From the NCBI GenBank assembly GCA_018015315.1, contig GCA_018015315.1_3629.1: DNA of 64,000 nt; one strand, given 5' to 3'. The stretch is from a phage. The notes below the pieces were generated by a model. That model was not told where the DNA came from, did no database searches, and saw only the letters and a list, made by a program, of their open reading frames with translations. The position numbers were made by a program, and so were the translations under genes. Below, piece by piece: positions 55,016-64,000 of the stretch (positions within the stretch are counted from its first letter, which is position 1; each line of letters begins with the position of its first letter).

Positions 55016-58000
55016 TTAGTCGTGAGACTCGTTCCAAGGTCCCTGGAAGCTGGAGTTAGAACGACTAACAACCACAGTAGGACAGGATATTGTAATACCT
55101 GTCACGTTTGACGTTGACCACGGGGTGTAGATTTCAATAATAATGTCTATAGTCTGTTCACCTAGACCTGTTATCCCAACTGCACACATGCCATCGTTGT
55201 CGTTTCCGTACTTCTTGCCAGCAAGGAGTTGATGACCAGCTATCCACGCATTTAGTTGGGAGTTGGCACGAGTACCGTTCAGTTTAAAGAAGAATGTTAC
55301 GTTCTTACCTTGACCTGAAACGTTATCTACGTATCTCCACCTCCAACGGCAAACCCTCTGCTGGGAGTTATATACTGGAGCACAATCTCCGTAAGTCCTG
55401 TGTGCAACAATTGCACCTTCAAACTGGTTAGCACGAATAACAGAAGCTTCTACACGACCACGGAATGTACCTCCGGTTGCATCTATGGTGCCTCTAAAGC
55501 TACCATTATTGGCATAAACATCTCCACGGAAGGTACCACTAGTGGCGTTAACTGCCCCTGTGAAGTTACCAGAACTGGCGTTAATGTTGCCTTTCACCCA
55601 CACATCCATAAATTGGGCATGCCCGTTCTTGTTAATATACCAACCGTATTTATGGTACCCGTTGCCATCGTAGTTGTTTGACGAAATTTCTTGTGCAATC
55701 TTGGCAGAGGAGATCGTGCCATTCTCTATAAAAGCGTCTTTCAAGAACGCTTGGTTGTTCTTGATTGCGAAAGCAAGGGTTGCTGTTCCGTTTCCGGGGT
55801 TGTATACCGCAAAGTTGTTTGCACTAACCATGAAGTATGATTGAACTTGTCCCCCAGACCCCTCCATGCCCAGCTGGATACCTGCAACATACTTATTCCC
55901 TGCGGAGTCTACCTGTATCTTTGTTCCCCATTGAGCATTTACTTTGCCCTCTAAGTCGGTTACAGCCTTAGATGTTGTAGCTACTGCAGCTCTAAGCTCA
56001 GATACATCACCAACATCATCAATTATTTCCTGTTTAGCAACCGCAAGTTCTTGGCGAATAGCTGACGCGGTACCGTTAATAAGATCCACAGTGGCTTTAT
56101 TAGTATCAGAAATTGTAGCATCAAGTGCTGTTTTTGTGGAGGTAAGTTTCCCATCCAAGTCCTTAATTGCCTGCTTGTTGGTAGAGATCTCTCCACGGGC
56201 AGAAGTTATCTGCTCTGACAGTGCAGATGTTTTCTGATTCAATAAATCTGTGGTGGCCTTATTGGTATTAGCGATCAAAGTATTGAGATCAGTTTTTGCA
56301 GTGGTTATCTTACCATCTAACGTGGTATAGTTCTTAGATACCGTCACATTTGTCTGACTGATCTTTTGATCCAGGGTTTCAGAGGTCTTGTTCAAAAGAT
56401 CCACTGTTGCCTTGTTGGTGCTTAGGATACTTGCATCAAGCTCTGTTCTCTGAGTATTGATCTTGCCATCTAGAGTTTTATCTCCAGCAAGGTATCCGCT
56501 CTCAACACCCCCTATTTGCTCTACCAGCTCACCCTTGGCGGCAACCAATTTTTCATCTAAAGCCTCTGTCTTTTTGTTCAAAAGATCAGTAGTTGCTTTA
56601 TTGGTTGTCTCGATCAGGGATGCCAGTCTACCACTTTCAGTGTTCAGGTCGTTAGTAAACTTATTTTGTGCAGCAACAAGTTTCTTATCCAGTGCTGTAA
56701 TGTTACCATTGACATCCTCAAACTTCTGAGTTGTCTCTGTAACTACCGCGCCTATCCTATCCCCGAGTTGCTGGAATGCTTCATCTACCCTACCATCCAT
56801 GTATTTATTGAGCTCTGTGACCCGATTTTCAACCTCTTCGATAGAGGAATCTAAAGTGCTCATCAACTCTTTATAAGTTTCTGTCTTTTTAAATTCAGCA
56901 TCTATCTGAGGCATCAGATCTTCAATGGATGTATAGCAGCGTGCAGCGCATTCTACAAACTGAGAACTACCAAAAGCGTTTGTGGTTCTAATGTACCAAT
57001 AATAAATCTTATCGTTCTGCAGACCTTCAGATGTCCAAGTTGAACCAACACCCATACGCGTGGCTTTTGAAGTAACGGTTGCATCACTGGTATCTGGCAA
57101 TCTTGTCATCCCAGATGTCCAAAAGTCGTACTGGGTGCTTACACTAGCCAAGTCTCTGCTGTGCGGGATCAGGGTAATAGCAAAGTATCCCTGTTTAACC
57201 TCCACAGAAACAGGAGCTTCAGGTGCCTGAATGTTGAACTCACAATATGCTTCCGGAGATACACCACCTTTATAAGATGTTGCAACAACAGTGGCTGTGT
57301 AGAATCCTTTAGTCAGACCCTCAACACGGACAAACTGCTCAACTGTCTGTGCTGTCCAAACAATCTCTCCGTTCTTTCTTACCTGCACAATATTTTGAGC
57401 GTATGTCCCAACGTTGTCCCAAGCCAAAACACCGTGAGTTACTTCTCCAGCTTGGAGAACGGAATATCTGAAGTTTTGCGGTTGAGCTACACCAGATGGA
57501 GATATTGGAATATCTACATCGCCAGAATCCGGAAGTTGCCCTGTGGCATCATTCCACTCTTTAGCATCTTGACGAAGTTTTACCTTGACACCGCCCTTTT
57601 TAGTAAACTCCCATTCAAGAACTCTCATTTCTTGGCCCACTATACCAATACTTGGGAGGTCCATTGTAACGTAACGACCAGGTTTAAATTTGAAACCTCG
57701 CATATTGCAGGTGACTTCAATAATCCTGCCAGCTCTGGCACGTCTTAGGAAGATTGCAGAAACACGCTGAGCTTGATAAGGACTGGTAACAAAGCGATAG
57801 TCTATATCGATTATCTTTCTTTCTCCATCCTTCTCTATCCACTCTGGGACAAACACTGATGGAAAATCTGTTTCAGAATACCCTTTGGTCGGACTAGTGA
57901 ATCTGCCAGTTATTGTGTTGGATCTTTTGTCAAATGAGGCTTCCGGATAGATCTTAACCTCACCACAGACACAGTCCTCACTCAATGTCATTGTTGCCGG

Positions 58001-58855
58001 ACCATAGTATGCACCAACCAGCAAACCATACTTACCAGCAACATAACTAAGGTCTGCACCGCAAGCTTTCAGCATTTCTGCCATAATACTTGCTGGGGCC
58101 TCATCCATGTCAAACTCACCGTTAATGGTGTAACGTCGCTCACTGGTTCCGTCAGCGTTTTTTACTGCCTCGTCGCATATGTTGGCAGCCTCCTTAAAGG
58201 ACTCCCAGTTGATGGTTTCGTCAGGACATTTAAGGTACGTTCTTAAATAGTCTAGGATCACCAAGGCAGCGTTATTGGTATACACCTCTTTACTGATACG
58301 AGGATCATAGCATTTTTTACCAACCTTGACAAGTGTAACGTTTGGCAACCCAAAAGGAAACTTGTTAGGGTCAAACCTGAAGCTGGCACGTAGCCAACTG
58401 ATCCCTCTACCTATCATGTCTGGTGACCATGATGGGCAGTGTGTACCCATGAAAGGATCAGATGTTTTTCTGTCGTTATGTAGCTCCCACGATACCAGAT
58501 CTCCATACGAGGAAATAGGATTACCGTCGATAAGTATATCTTCTATACCTTCCAGAGGGTGATTGGCAAGAACAATAGCACAATGGAGGGTTCTGTCGCT
58601 ATCCTGCTCCAAAAACGCAAGCAATCCGGATGTGCGTGTCTTCCCATACACTACAGAGCAGGGTGCAGCAGAAGATCTGAGAAGCTTTTGTCTATCTTGC
58701 TGACTTCTGTAAGATTTGTTGCCCTCAAAAATCTTATCCAGAGTTCTGGTGGTAACAGTGTTCAGGCTGTCAGCCAGAGCTGCCTTGGATGCGTTCCAGT
58801 CATAACTTGAAGATCTTGCAGAAGCAACGATGTTATCAATCATTGCAATTGGCAT
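55016..58855 (-). CDS. large tail/baseplate protein with internal coiled-coil tandem repeats (1279 aa)
   Basis: Repeats such as TNKATTDLLNKKTEALDEKL and TNKATVDLLNKTSETLDQKI; SD GGAGG; strong terminator after stop; lambda-J-like assignment is uncertain. Confidence 0.7.
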   Translation of the reverse strand: MPIAMIDNIVASARSSSYDWNASKAALADSLNTVTTRTLDKIFEGNKSYRSQQDRQKLLRSSAAPCSVVYGKTRTSGLLAFLEQDSDRTLHCAIVLANHPLEGIEDILIDGNPISSYGDLVSWELHNDRKTSDPFMGTHCPSWSPDMIGRGISWLRASFRFDPNKFPFGLPNVTLVKVGKKCYDPRISKEVYTNNAALVILDYLRTYLKCPDETINWESFKEAANICDEAVKNADGTSERRYTINGEFDMDEAPASIMAEMLKACGADLSYVAGKYGLLVGAYYGPATMTLSEDCVCGEVKIYPEASFDKRSNTITGRFTSPTKGYSETDFPSVFVPEWIEKDGERKIIDIDYRFVTSPYQAQRVSAIFLRRARAGRIIEVTCNMRGFKFKPGRYVTMDLPSIGIVGQEMRVLEWEFTKKGGVKVKLRQDAKEWNDATGQLPDSGDVDIPISPSGVAQPQNFRYSVLQAGEVTHGVLAWDNVGTYAQNIVQVRKNGEIVWTAQTVEQFVRVEGLTKGFYTATVVATSYKGGVSPEAYCEFNIQAPEAPVSVEVKQGYFAITLIPHSRDLASVSTQYDFWTSGMTRLPDTSDATVTSKATRMGVGSTWTSEGLQNDKIYYWYIRTTNAFGSSQFVECAARCYTSIEDLMPQIDAEFKKTETYKELMSTLDSSIEEVENRVTELNKYMDGRVDEAFQQLGDRIGAVVTETTQKFEDVNGNITALDKKLVAAQNKFTNDLNTESGRLASLIETTNKATTDLLNKKTEALDEKLVAAKGELVEQIGGVESGYLAGDKTLDGKINTQRTELDASILSTNKATVDLLNKTSETLDQKISQTNVTVSKNYTTLDGKITTAKTDLNTLIANTNKATTDLLNQKTSALSEQITSARGEISTNKQAIKDLDGKLTSTKTALDATISDTNKATVDLINGTASAIRQELAVAKQEIIDDVGDVSELRAAVATTSKAVTDLEGKVNAQWGTKIQVDSAGNKYVAGIQLGMEGSGGQVQSYFMVSANNFAVYNPGNGTATLAFAIKNNQAFLKDAFIENGTISSAKIAQEISSNNYDGNGYHKYGWYINKNGHAQFMDVWVKGNINASSGNFTGAVNATSGTFRGDVYANNGSFRGTIDATGGTFRGRVEASVIRANQFEGAIVAHRTYGDCAPVYNSQQRVCRWRWRYVDNVSGQGKNVTFFFKLNGTRANSQLNAWIAGHQLLAGKKYGNDNDGMCAVGITGLGEQTIDIIIEIYTPWSTSNVTGITISCPTVVVSRSNSSFQGPWNESHD

Positions 58856-59292
58856 TAATACCTCCAGACATCAACAACGATAGAATCTTTCATGTCGAAC
58901 ATAAAGACCCCTTTATCACCTTTCGCCCAAATCTGGTTGTTCCAGAACACACCAGCGGTGAGCCCGTTCAGACCTTCGAAAATGACAATATCTCCACGCT
59001 GAACCTGTTTAGGAGTATCCAGCCGAGTCATAAAGAGATCAAAAATAGTAGGCAGGTGTGTGGTTTTGAAACGGAGCATGCACCATCTTTTGCTTTCCAA
59101 CTCTGTTTTATACGTTCCTTCGAAGTTAGAAAGAAAATCTGTTCCGTACTGGGCATCAACACACTTAGCTGCAAAGGTGCAACAATCGTGGAATCCCCAT
59201 TCAAAAGGTATGGTGGCCTCTTCGTCAAACACTTTCCACAATCTTTCTTGCCAATCCACTAAACGAGGGTGTGTGCTCATTAAACCTCCCAA
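58855..59292 (-). CDS. hypothetical tail-module protein, possible NlpC/P60-like peptidase (145 aa)
   Basis: FEWGFHDCCTFAAKCV and GDIVIF motifs; weak. Confidence 0.45.
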   Translation of the reverse strand: MGGLMSTHPRLVDWQERLWKVFDEEATIPFEWGFHDCCTFAAKCVDAQYGTDFLSNFEGTYKTELESKRWCMLRFKTTHLPTIFDLFMTRLDTPKQVQRGDIVIFEGLNGLTAGVFWNNQIWAKGDKGVFMFDMKDSIVVDVWRY

Positions 59293-59846
59293 ATGATCGG
59301 GCGGCTCGCCACCTGATCCACATATTTAAAAAATCTGTCATTATCGTTTCTTGAGCTGTGGCTTTCCTCCGTGTACCTATAAGGAAAACCTCTTAACCAA
59401 CTGTTGAAGATGGAAGAGATGGATATGGACAAAGCACTATTCTCACCTGTCTGAATAGCCATATCTGTTATAAGGCCGTCAAACAAGCCATTAGTTGTAA
59501 CAGGCAGACCATTCTCCATAGCGGTAATGTACAACGTGGCACGACAACCAGAATACTCCGTCTTCAGCAGATCACCAACATACTTAGGATCAAACCCGTT
59601 CAATGTTGCTACCACAGATCCGAAGTTGGTGGCATCTTTCTCAGACACAGCAGTTAATGTTGCTGATCCACCTATCCCTATAAAATGTTGCCCCTCAATT
59701 ACTACAACACCAGTGCCTGAGCACACCCTGACAGTTCCTGTCGGTAGCTCCAGCTTTGCAGCAATTAAGATCTCAACACCATCAAGCTCCAGCTTTTCAA
59801 GAAATAAATTATCTAATGGCGCTCTGATCATCTTAGAAATCCTCAA
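59280..59846 (-). CDS. hypothetical tail-module protein (188 aa)
   Basis: ORF track. Confidence 0.5.
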   Translation of the reverse strand: MRISKMIRAPLDNLFLEKLELDGVEILIAAKLELPTGTVRVCSGTGVVVIEGQHFIGIGGSATLTAVSEKDATNFGSVVATLNGFDPKYVGDLLKTEYSGCRATLYITAMENGLPVTTNGLFDGLITDMAIQTGENSALSISISSIFNSWLRGFPYRYTEESHSSRNDNDRFFKYVDQVASRPIIWEV

Positions 59847-60423
59847 AGAAGTTGATAACTATATTATCACCTTTTTGCATAGCATCGACTTTTTGCTTAA
59901 TTTTATAAATATCTCTGATATGAAACCTACCCTTTGGGGATTGAGTTATTATCTTCATAGTATCCCCTGCGGCAATAGGTTTCCTAAGTCTTGGAGATAT
60001 GCTTATAACAGCAGCCCCAACACCATCGCTGCGTACTGGAGCTGTTACTACTTTCAACTCATCGTTCACAGATATTTTATCACCAGCTCTGGCTATGTCT
60101 CTGTTTGGCTCCCACCCGACCGTCTTCAAAAAATCGTCGTTACCAGTAGGCCCAAGAGCGATTGGCTCATTAGCTGTTACCGAGTGACCGTAAGTTTTAA
60201 TGAGAAATATGTTCCCATCTTTATATACCTGATCAACAAAGCTCTTAAGCTCTAACAACTGTGACTCGCTGATATTGGAAACCGTCAAAGTGCCTTTCCA
60301 GTTAGGTGTGGCATAGGTTACTTTTTGCGTTTTACCTGTAAACGGACTTTTAAACGTAACAATATCTGCTAGCAGCTCCAATCTAATATCTGGAAGGTAT
60401 CTAGGCCTTTCCCATAAAAACAT
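59833..60423 (-). CDS. hypothetical tail-module protein (196 aa)
   Basis: ORF track. Confidence 0.5.
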   Translation of the reverse strand: MFLWERPRYLPDIRLELLADIVTFKSPFTGKTQKVTYATPNWKGTLTVSNISESQLLELKSFVDQVYKDGNIFLIKTYGHSVTANEPIALGPTGNDDFLKTVGWEPNRDIARAGDKISVNDELKVVTAPVRSDGVGAAVISISPRLRKPIAAGDTMKIITQSPKGRFHIRDIYKIKQKVDAMQKGDNIVINFFEDF

Positions 60424-60482
60424 TGTGCCTCCAGGTTAAACAATCATGATAGTTATTTTACCAGATTTTAAGTTAATACGCA

Positions 60483-60515
60483 ATATAAACAAAAAGCCCC
60501 CGCCGAAGCGAGGGC
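60483..60515 (-). terminator. intrinsic terminator, UUCG-loop family
   Basis: GCCCUCGC-UUCG-GCGGGGGC then UUUUUGUUUAU. Confidence 0.6.
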
Positions 60516-60520
60516 AATAC

Positions 60521-60853
60521 TTAAAATACTTCCAAGGTAGACGCTGGAGGGTCGAACATGTTCAATTTCATCGACTCTACAACTTTTCCGCTTTTTGAGA
60601 TAATGTTTTCTGCACCTTCGTCCAGAGTTAAAACATTAACATAAAACAATTCGCTTTTCTCACAAACAGGATAGACAACCATGTTGCCAAACTCATCTTC
60701 TGCCTCATAGGTATCTCCCGTCTCTGTGTAAACAAAGCCAGCAACCTCTACAAGAAGTGTGTTTTGCAACACCTCATTTTCGTAAAAGCCGATTTCATCC
60801 ATGAAACCGTTAAAGTCCTCCCTGTCAGTGAACCCGAGGGTAAAGGTATTCAT
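60521..60853 (-). CDS. hypothetical tail-module protein (110 aa)
   Basis: ORF track; terminator 60483-60515 follows. Confidence 0.5.
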   Translation of the reverse strand: MNTFTLGFTDREDFNGFMDEIGFYENEVLQNTLLVEVAGFVYTETGDTYEAEDEFGNMVVYPVCEKSELFYVNVLTLDEGAENIISKSGKVVESMKLNMFDPPASTLEVF

Positions 60854-63800
60854 TATTCAACACTCTCCATCATAAGTTGGGTATCTGTCAGCGCAGAGTT
60901 CCAAACTCTTATGTCCTTAATATGACCAAACAAATGTCTTTCTCCTGTTGCCGTTTGACCACCGATACGGATGAAAGCTCCTCCTGCCAGGAACTCCCAA
61001 GAAGACTGTGTTTCAGTGCTCACCAGTCCGTTAGCAAAAGAGCAAGTTTTACCGTCTTCTTTTATCCTGAACCCCATCTTCAGTTTACGCGCTTTAGCCA
61101 TCTCGTAGACACGTCTGTTTGACCCTCCAATATCGCAGTATGGATACCCATCCTCTGCAATATTTGTTGCAGAACCAAACCCGAGAATAAAAGCTGCGCT
61201 CGTCTGGTGTCCTTCTGTGTCTATAACCCTAGGGGCTGCGTTAGGAGCTTTGCCCCAACCTCTCCAGTTAGCATCCACAGTAGCGGCGATAGTGAACGGT
61301 CTAGGTGCTAAGTTATCCGTCATCGGGAATTTGCAAAGGTCTGCCGCTCTAGTTACAGGTGAAGATCCTGTGGGAATAAACGAGGACTCGCAAGAACCTA
61401 ACTCAAATTGAGGTATTGCAACATCAACCCAATCCCCTACAACATGCTGAGCACCTTCAGGTGGAGAAATCTGGAACTGGCACCCGATATTCTTGTCAGA
61501 GGCCACTGCCTCAAACGTAGCGGCAATCCTTACCCAAGCAGGTCCGGCTGTTTGCCATCTCTCAGCTTTTACTTTAATTCTCCCAGCTGCACCACCTGTT
61601 GTTTTAACTTCAAGTGTTGACAGGTTAACATAAGCGTCACCTTGGAATACTGTGGTGGATCCGTCATACATGTCGAATCTTACACGTAATCTCTGGTTCG
61701 CTTTACCTCCCCTTGCAATAATAGACCCAGTACAGAATTTCTCAGCACCTGTCACATCGGCACCTCTGGTGGCTGGAACTGTAGCAAGGTTTAACGCTGT
61801 TGTTTCCACACCGGATGCAGTGTTTACTGTAAATCTTGCACCTTTTGTGCCGTTGGTGTTTGTTACAGTACCACCAACAGTAATCTGTTGACTGGCTCCC
61901 CACTTGCTAGGATCTTCACTGTTGAGCATCAGGTTTGTCCTTTGCCCTTCAATGAGCAAACCATCTCTTTCGAAACGAGGTTGGTTAGCCTGTGCAACAA
62001 CCATAACACCACGTTTAGTGAAATAGGTCGCTGTAGACGGTCTGGAGAACACCATCTCACCTTCACCTAATACAGGTTTCAGGTTAGAAGTCAAAGGCAA
62101 CCACAAGTCAGGCATCACCGGAGCAGTTGTGCTTTCTGGGAAGCTTGTTCTCTTCCACTGGCTCCAAGCCATTCCGTTTCCAATGTTATTGTAATACCTT
62201 TCCCATGTTCCGCCAAGATACATCTTGTAGATCTGGATACAACCAGTGCCTTCGTTAGCAGAGTTTCTCAGCACGATCAGTGTGCCAGCCATCTGCTGTC
62301 CCGGCGGGTAGTTTCTTTCCGCTGTGGCGTTGGCATTTGCCTCTTGATGGTAAATACCTTCACGATCTGCCTTGTAATCGTTAAGGTTGTTAGTTCCCAA
62401 TCCTTGACCACGGTGCTGAATAACCTTGTTCCACGCTCTGTGGTTTCCCTGCTCTATGGAACGGGTATACAACTGGTCTAAACGACCTGCGATCTGGAAG
62501 GCATAGTTTCCAGAGAATGCCACAGACAACCCACCAACAACCATCGAACCTTCAGGTCCGTTGACATTGCCAGCCATTATTTTGGACGGGTTATTGTTGC
62601 CGAACTGGTTGTTCCAGTCAGCCCCTGTGTGGCATACAAAACCACCAGGTGCAGAGAAAGTGCCGTCTTTGTTGAAGTTATAGAATCTATGAGCAGAACC
62701 TACAACATCACGAACAATAACTTGACCCGCTTCTGGAGTAGATCTAAACTCCGCTTGACCTTTGAGATCAGCACCATTACCACATTTAGAGGTAAACGTA
62801 CCGTTAGTTAGATCCTCTGTTCCATCCGATGCACACTGGAATCCTGCATTAGAGAATAACGCCTTTCTAGGACTTCCGTAGCACAGATAGTCAATACCGT
62901 CTGCCCAGAGCTCAACTTTAGGCATGTTCATTTTGCTCATCACCGCATAGCGTTCAGCTGAGCCTATATAGTGCCACTGTGTGCCACCACCAGTGTAGAA
63001 TCCAGAGGTACCTTTGAAGTCAACAATAGGTCTGGTGTTGGTATTGTTATCTCCAAGAACAGCAAGATTCAAATCTGCCGACTGGAGAGGTGCAACAAAC
63101 TTAACCCCGTCCTGATTGTTTGTTACAGAACCAACCTGGTAGTCTTGTTCTTTGGTAAACACCTCTAAAACATTTCTACTTGCGTATATGCTGACAGGGA
63201 AAGCACGCGCCTCTGCATAGAAAGCAACATATTCTTGTTTACCCCTTGTTGGAGCAACCATCCCAAGAATTGCTTTTTCATTCTGGTAGAAATTTACTAC
63301 TCCGTAGAAAGAGTCCCCTCTATCTGTCCACCCACCAGTTCTATAATGACACTGTAAGGTAGCACAGTTCATGGGGTCACCACCAGATGACGACCTAGTA
63401 ACTATGGTAATATCGGTGCCAGTAGCTGGAGCATAATACGGATCTGTTCTAACTATAATTGGGTAGTATTTCCCATCTTCCATCCCTGCGGTTCTTGGCA
63501 GCGTTAAGAAATCTTTTACGCCTGCAGCTATAGGAACTCTAAACAGATTCTGAGCCTCTGCCAAAGTTGTAGCCCCAGTACCACCTGCGGCTTGCGGTAA
63601 AGGTTCCCACTTGGCCTTCCGGTTGTTATAAACACCCCATTCCAGAGTGCCGTTACCGGATTCATCCATCCCGCCATCCCAGATGACCATCTTGGCGGCT
63701 TTCTTGGATCCCCAGAAGCCTCTTTCTGCTCCTGAACTACGGATCCACTCTCCGAGTCCCCAGTTTGTCAGCTGACCAGTAAGATCCCCAACCTGCATGT

Positions 63801-64000
63801 ATTTAGGGCAGTCTAGCACGCCGTCTTCGCGGAAACCTAAATATCTATGGGTTTCAGATCCTTTTGCACCTTTGTGCAGGTGGATTGTCAACCAAGCCTT
63901 ATTGTCGTTTCTTACCTCAGAATAGATCCTATAACCATGCTCAAGAACACCATCAGTATTATATTTATCTCCATGGAGAATACCTGAGGCAGATTTAACA
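60853..64000 (-). CDS. large fibre/receptor-binding-like protein, N-terminus truncated by window edge (over 1049 aa)
   Basis: Reading frame stays open upstream of the track start (TTG at 63891) to position 64000; C-terminal GERHLFGHIKDIRVWNSALTDTQL suggests concanavalin/LamG-like lectin domain. Confidence 0.7.
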   Translation of the reverse strand, partial: VKSASGILHGDKYNTDGVLEHGYRIYSEVRNDNKAWLTIHLHKGAKGSETHRYLGFREDGVLDCPKYMQVGDLTGQLTNWGLGEWIRSSGAERGFWGSKKAAKMVIWDGGMDESGNGTLEWGVYNNRKAKWEPLPQAAGGTGATTLAEAQNLFRVPIAAGVKDFLTLPRTAGMEDGKYYPIIVRTDPYYAPATGTDITIVTRSSSGGDPMNCATLQCHYRTGGWTDRGDSFYGVVNFYQNEKAILGMVAPTRGKQEYVAFYAEARAFPVSIYASRNVLEVFTKEQDYQVGSVTNNQDGVKFVAPLQSADLNLAVLGDNNTNTRPIVDFKGTSGFYTGGGTQWHYIGSAERYAVMSKMNMPKVELWADGIDYLCYGSPRKALFSNAGFQCASDGTEDLTNGTFTSKCGNGADLKGQAEFRSTPEAGQVIVRDVVGSAHRFYNFNKDGTFSAPGGFVCHTGADWNNQFGNNNPSKIMAGNVNGPEGSMVVGGLSVAFSGNYAFQIAGRLDQLYTRSIEQGNHRAWNKVIQHRGQGLGTNNLNDYKADREGIYHQEANANATAERNYPPGQQMAGTLIVLRNSANEGTGCIQIYKMYLGGTWERYYNNIGNGMAWSQWKRTSFPESTTAPVMPDLWLPLTSNLKPVLGEGEMVFSRPSTATYFTKRGVMVVAQANQPRFERDGLLIEGQRTNLMLNSEDPSKWGASQQITVGGTVTNTNGTKGARFTVNTASGVETTALNLATVPATRGADVTGAEKFCTGSIIARGGKANQRLRVRFDMYDGSTTVFQGDAYVNLSTLEVKTTGGAAGRIKVKAERWQTAGPAWVRIAATFEAVASDKNIGCQFQISPPEGAQHVVGDWVDVAIPQFELGSCESSFIPTGSSPVTRAADLCKFPMTDNLAPRPFTIAATVDANWRGWGKAPNAAPRVIDTEGHQTSAAFILGFGSATNIAEDGYPYCDIGGSNRRVYEMAKARKLKMGFRIKEDGKTCSFANGLVSTETQSSWEFLAGGAFIRIGGQTATGERHLFGHIKDIRVWNSALTDTQLMMESVE

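Noticed and set aside
55016-58855. Assignment of the 1279-aa protein as lambda gpJ-like tip attachment protein
   Set aside because: Based only on vague N-terminal resemblance and conflicts with the P2/Mu-like baseplate J / gpI-like / fibre / Tfa order nearby; left as generic tail protein.
59527-60255. 242-aa plus ORF across two tail-module genes
   Set aside because: Spans the junction of two minus-strand genes in an all-minus operon; no SD; likely artefact.
1-64000. Prophage or integrative element boundaries (integrase, att sites) and CRISPR arrays
   Set aside because: No integrase/recombinase motifs, no host-like genes, and no regularly spaced short direct repeats; the window looks like internal virulent-phage genome.

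Overview
This window reads as a segment of a large virulent tailed phage (Caudoviricetes) genome, probably infecting a Gram-negative host (sigma70-type promoters, E. coli-like SSB tip DDDIPF). It is almost fully coding and falls into three blocks. (1) 1-32660, minus strand: about 25 small early genes punctuated by TTGACA-N16/17-TATACT promoters, 5' stem-loops and hairpin+U terminators, then a replication/host-takeover module (macro-domain protein, SSB-like protein, family A DNA polymerase, Toprim primase-helicase, C5-methyltransferase-like protein, PIF1/Dda-like helicase, rIIB, rIIA, SleB-like secreted cell-wall hydrolase, MoxR-like AAA+ ATPase). (2) 32803-39774, plus strand, from a divergent promoter pair: tandem HNH-endonuclease-like ORF, VWA/metallopeptidase protein, four tandem paralogous small genes, HAD-like phosphatase. 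(3) 39821-64000, minus strand: tail/baseplate/fibre module with a 1878-aa fibre, two paralogous fibre genes with a Tfa chaperone, a baseplate-J-like gene, a 1279-aa coiled-coil protein, and a large fibre-like gene truncated at the window edge. No tRNA, rRNA, CRISPR array or integrase was seen. The candidate most likely to be new is the ~1 kb non-coding island at 7170-8207: an isolated plus-strand promoter, two GC-hairpin modules sharing a 15-nt core, and GAAAATCC direct repeats. Other leads are a 29-bp perfect inverted repeat that carries an SD and start codon in two opposed genes, an atypical C5-MTase-like protein, a Poa1p-like macro domain, and a thrice-repeated 44-bp palindrome abutting stop codons. 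All calls come from reading the sequence and recalled family motifs; no database search was run, and ORF-track starts include GTG/TTG.
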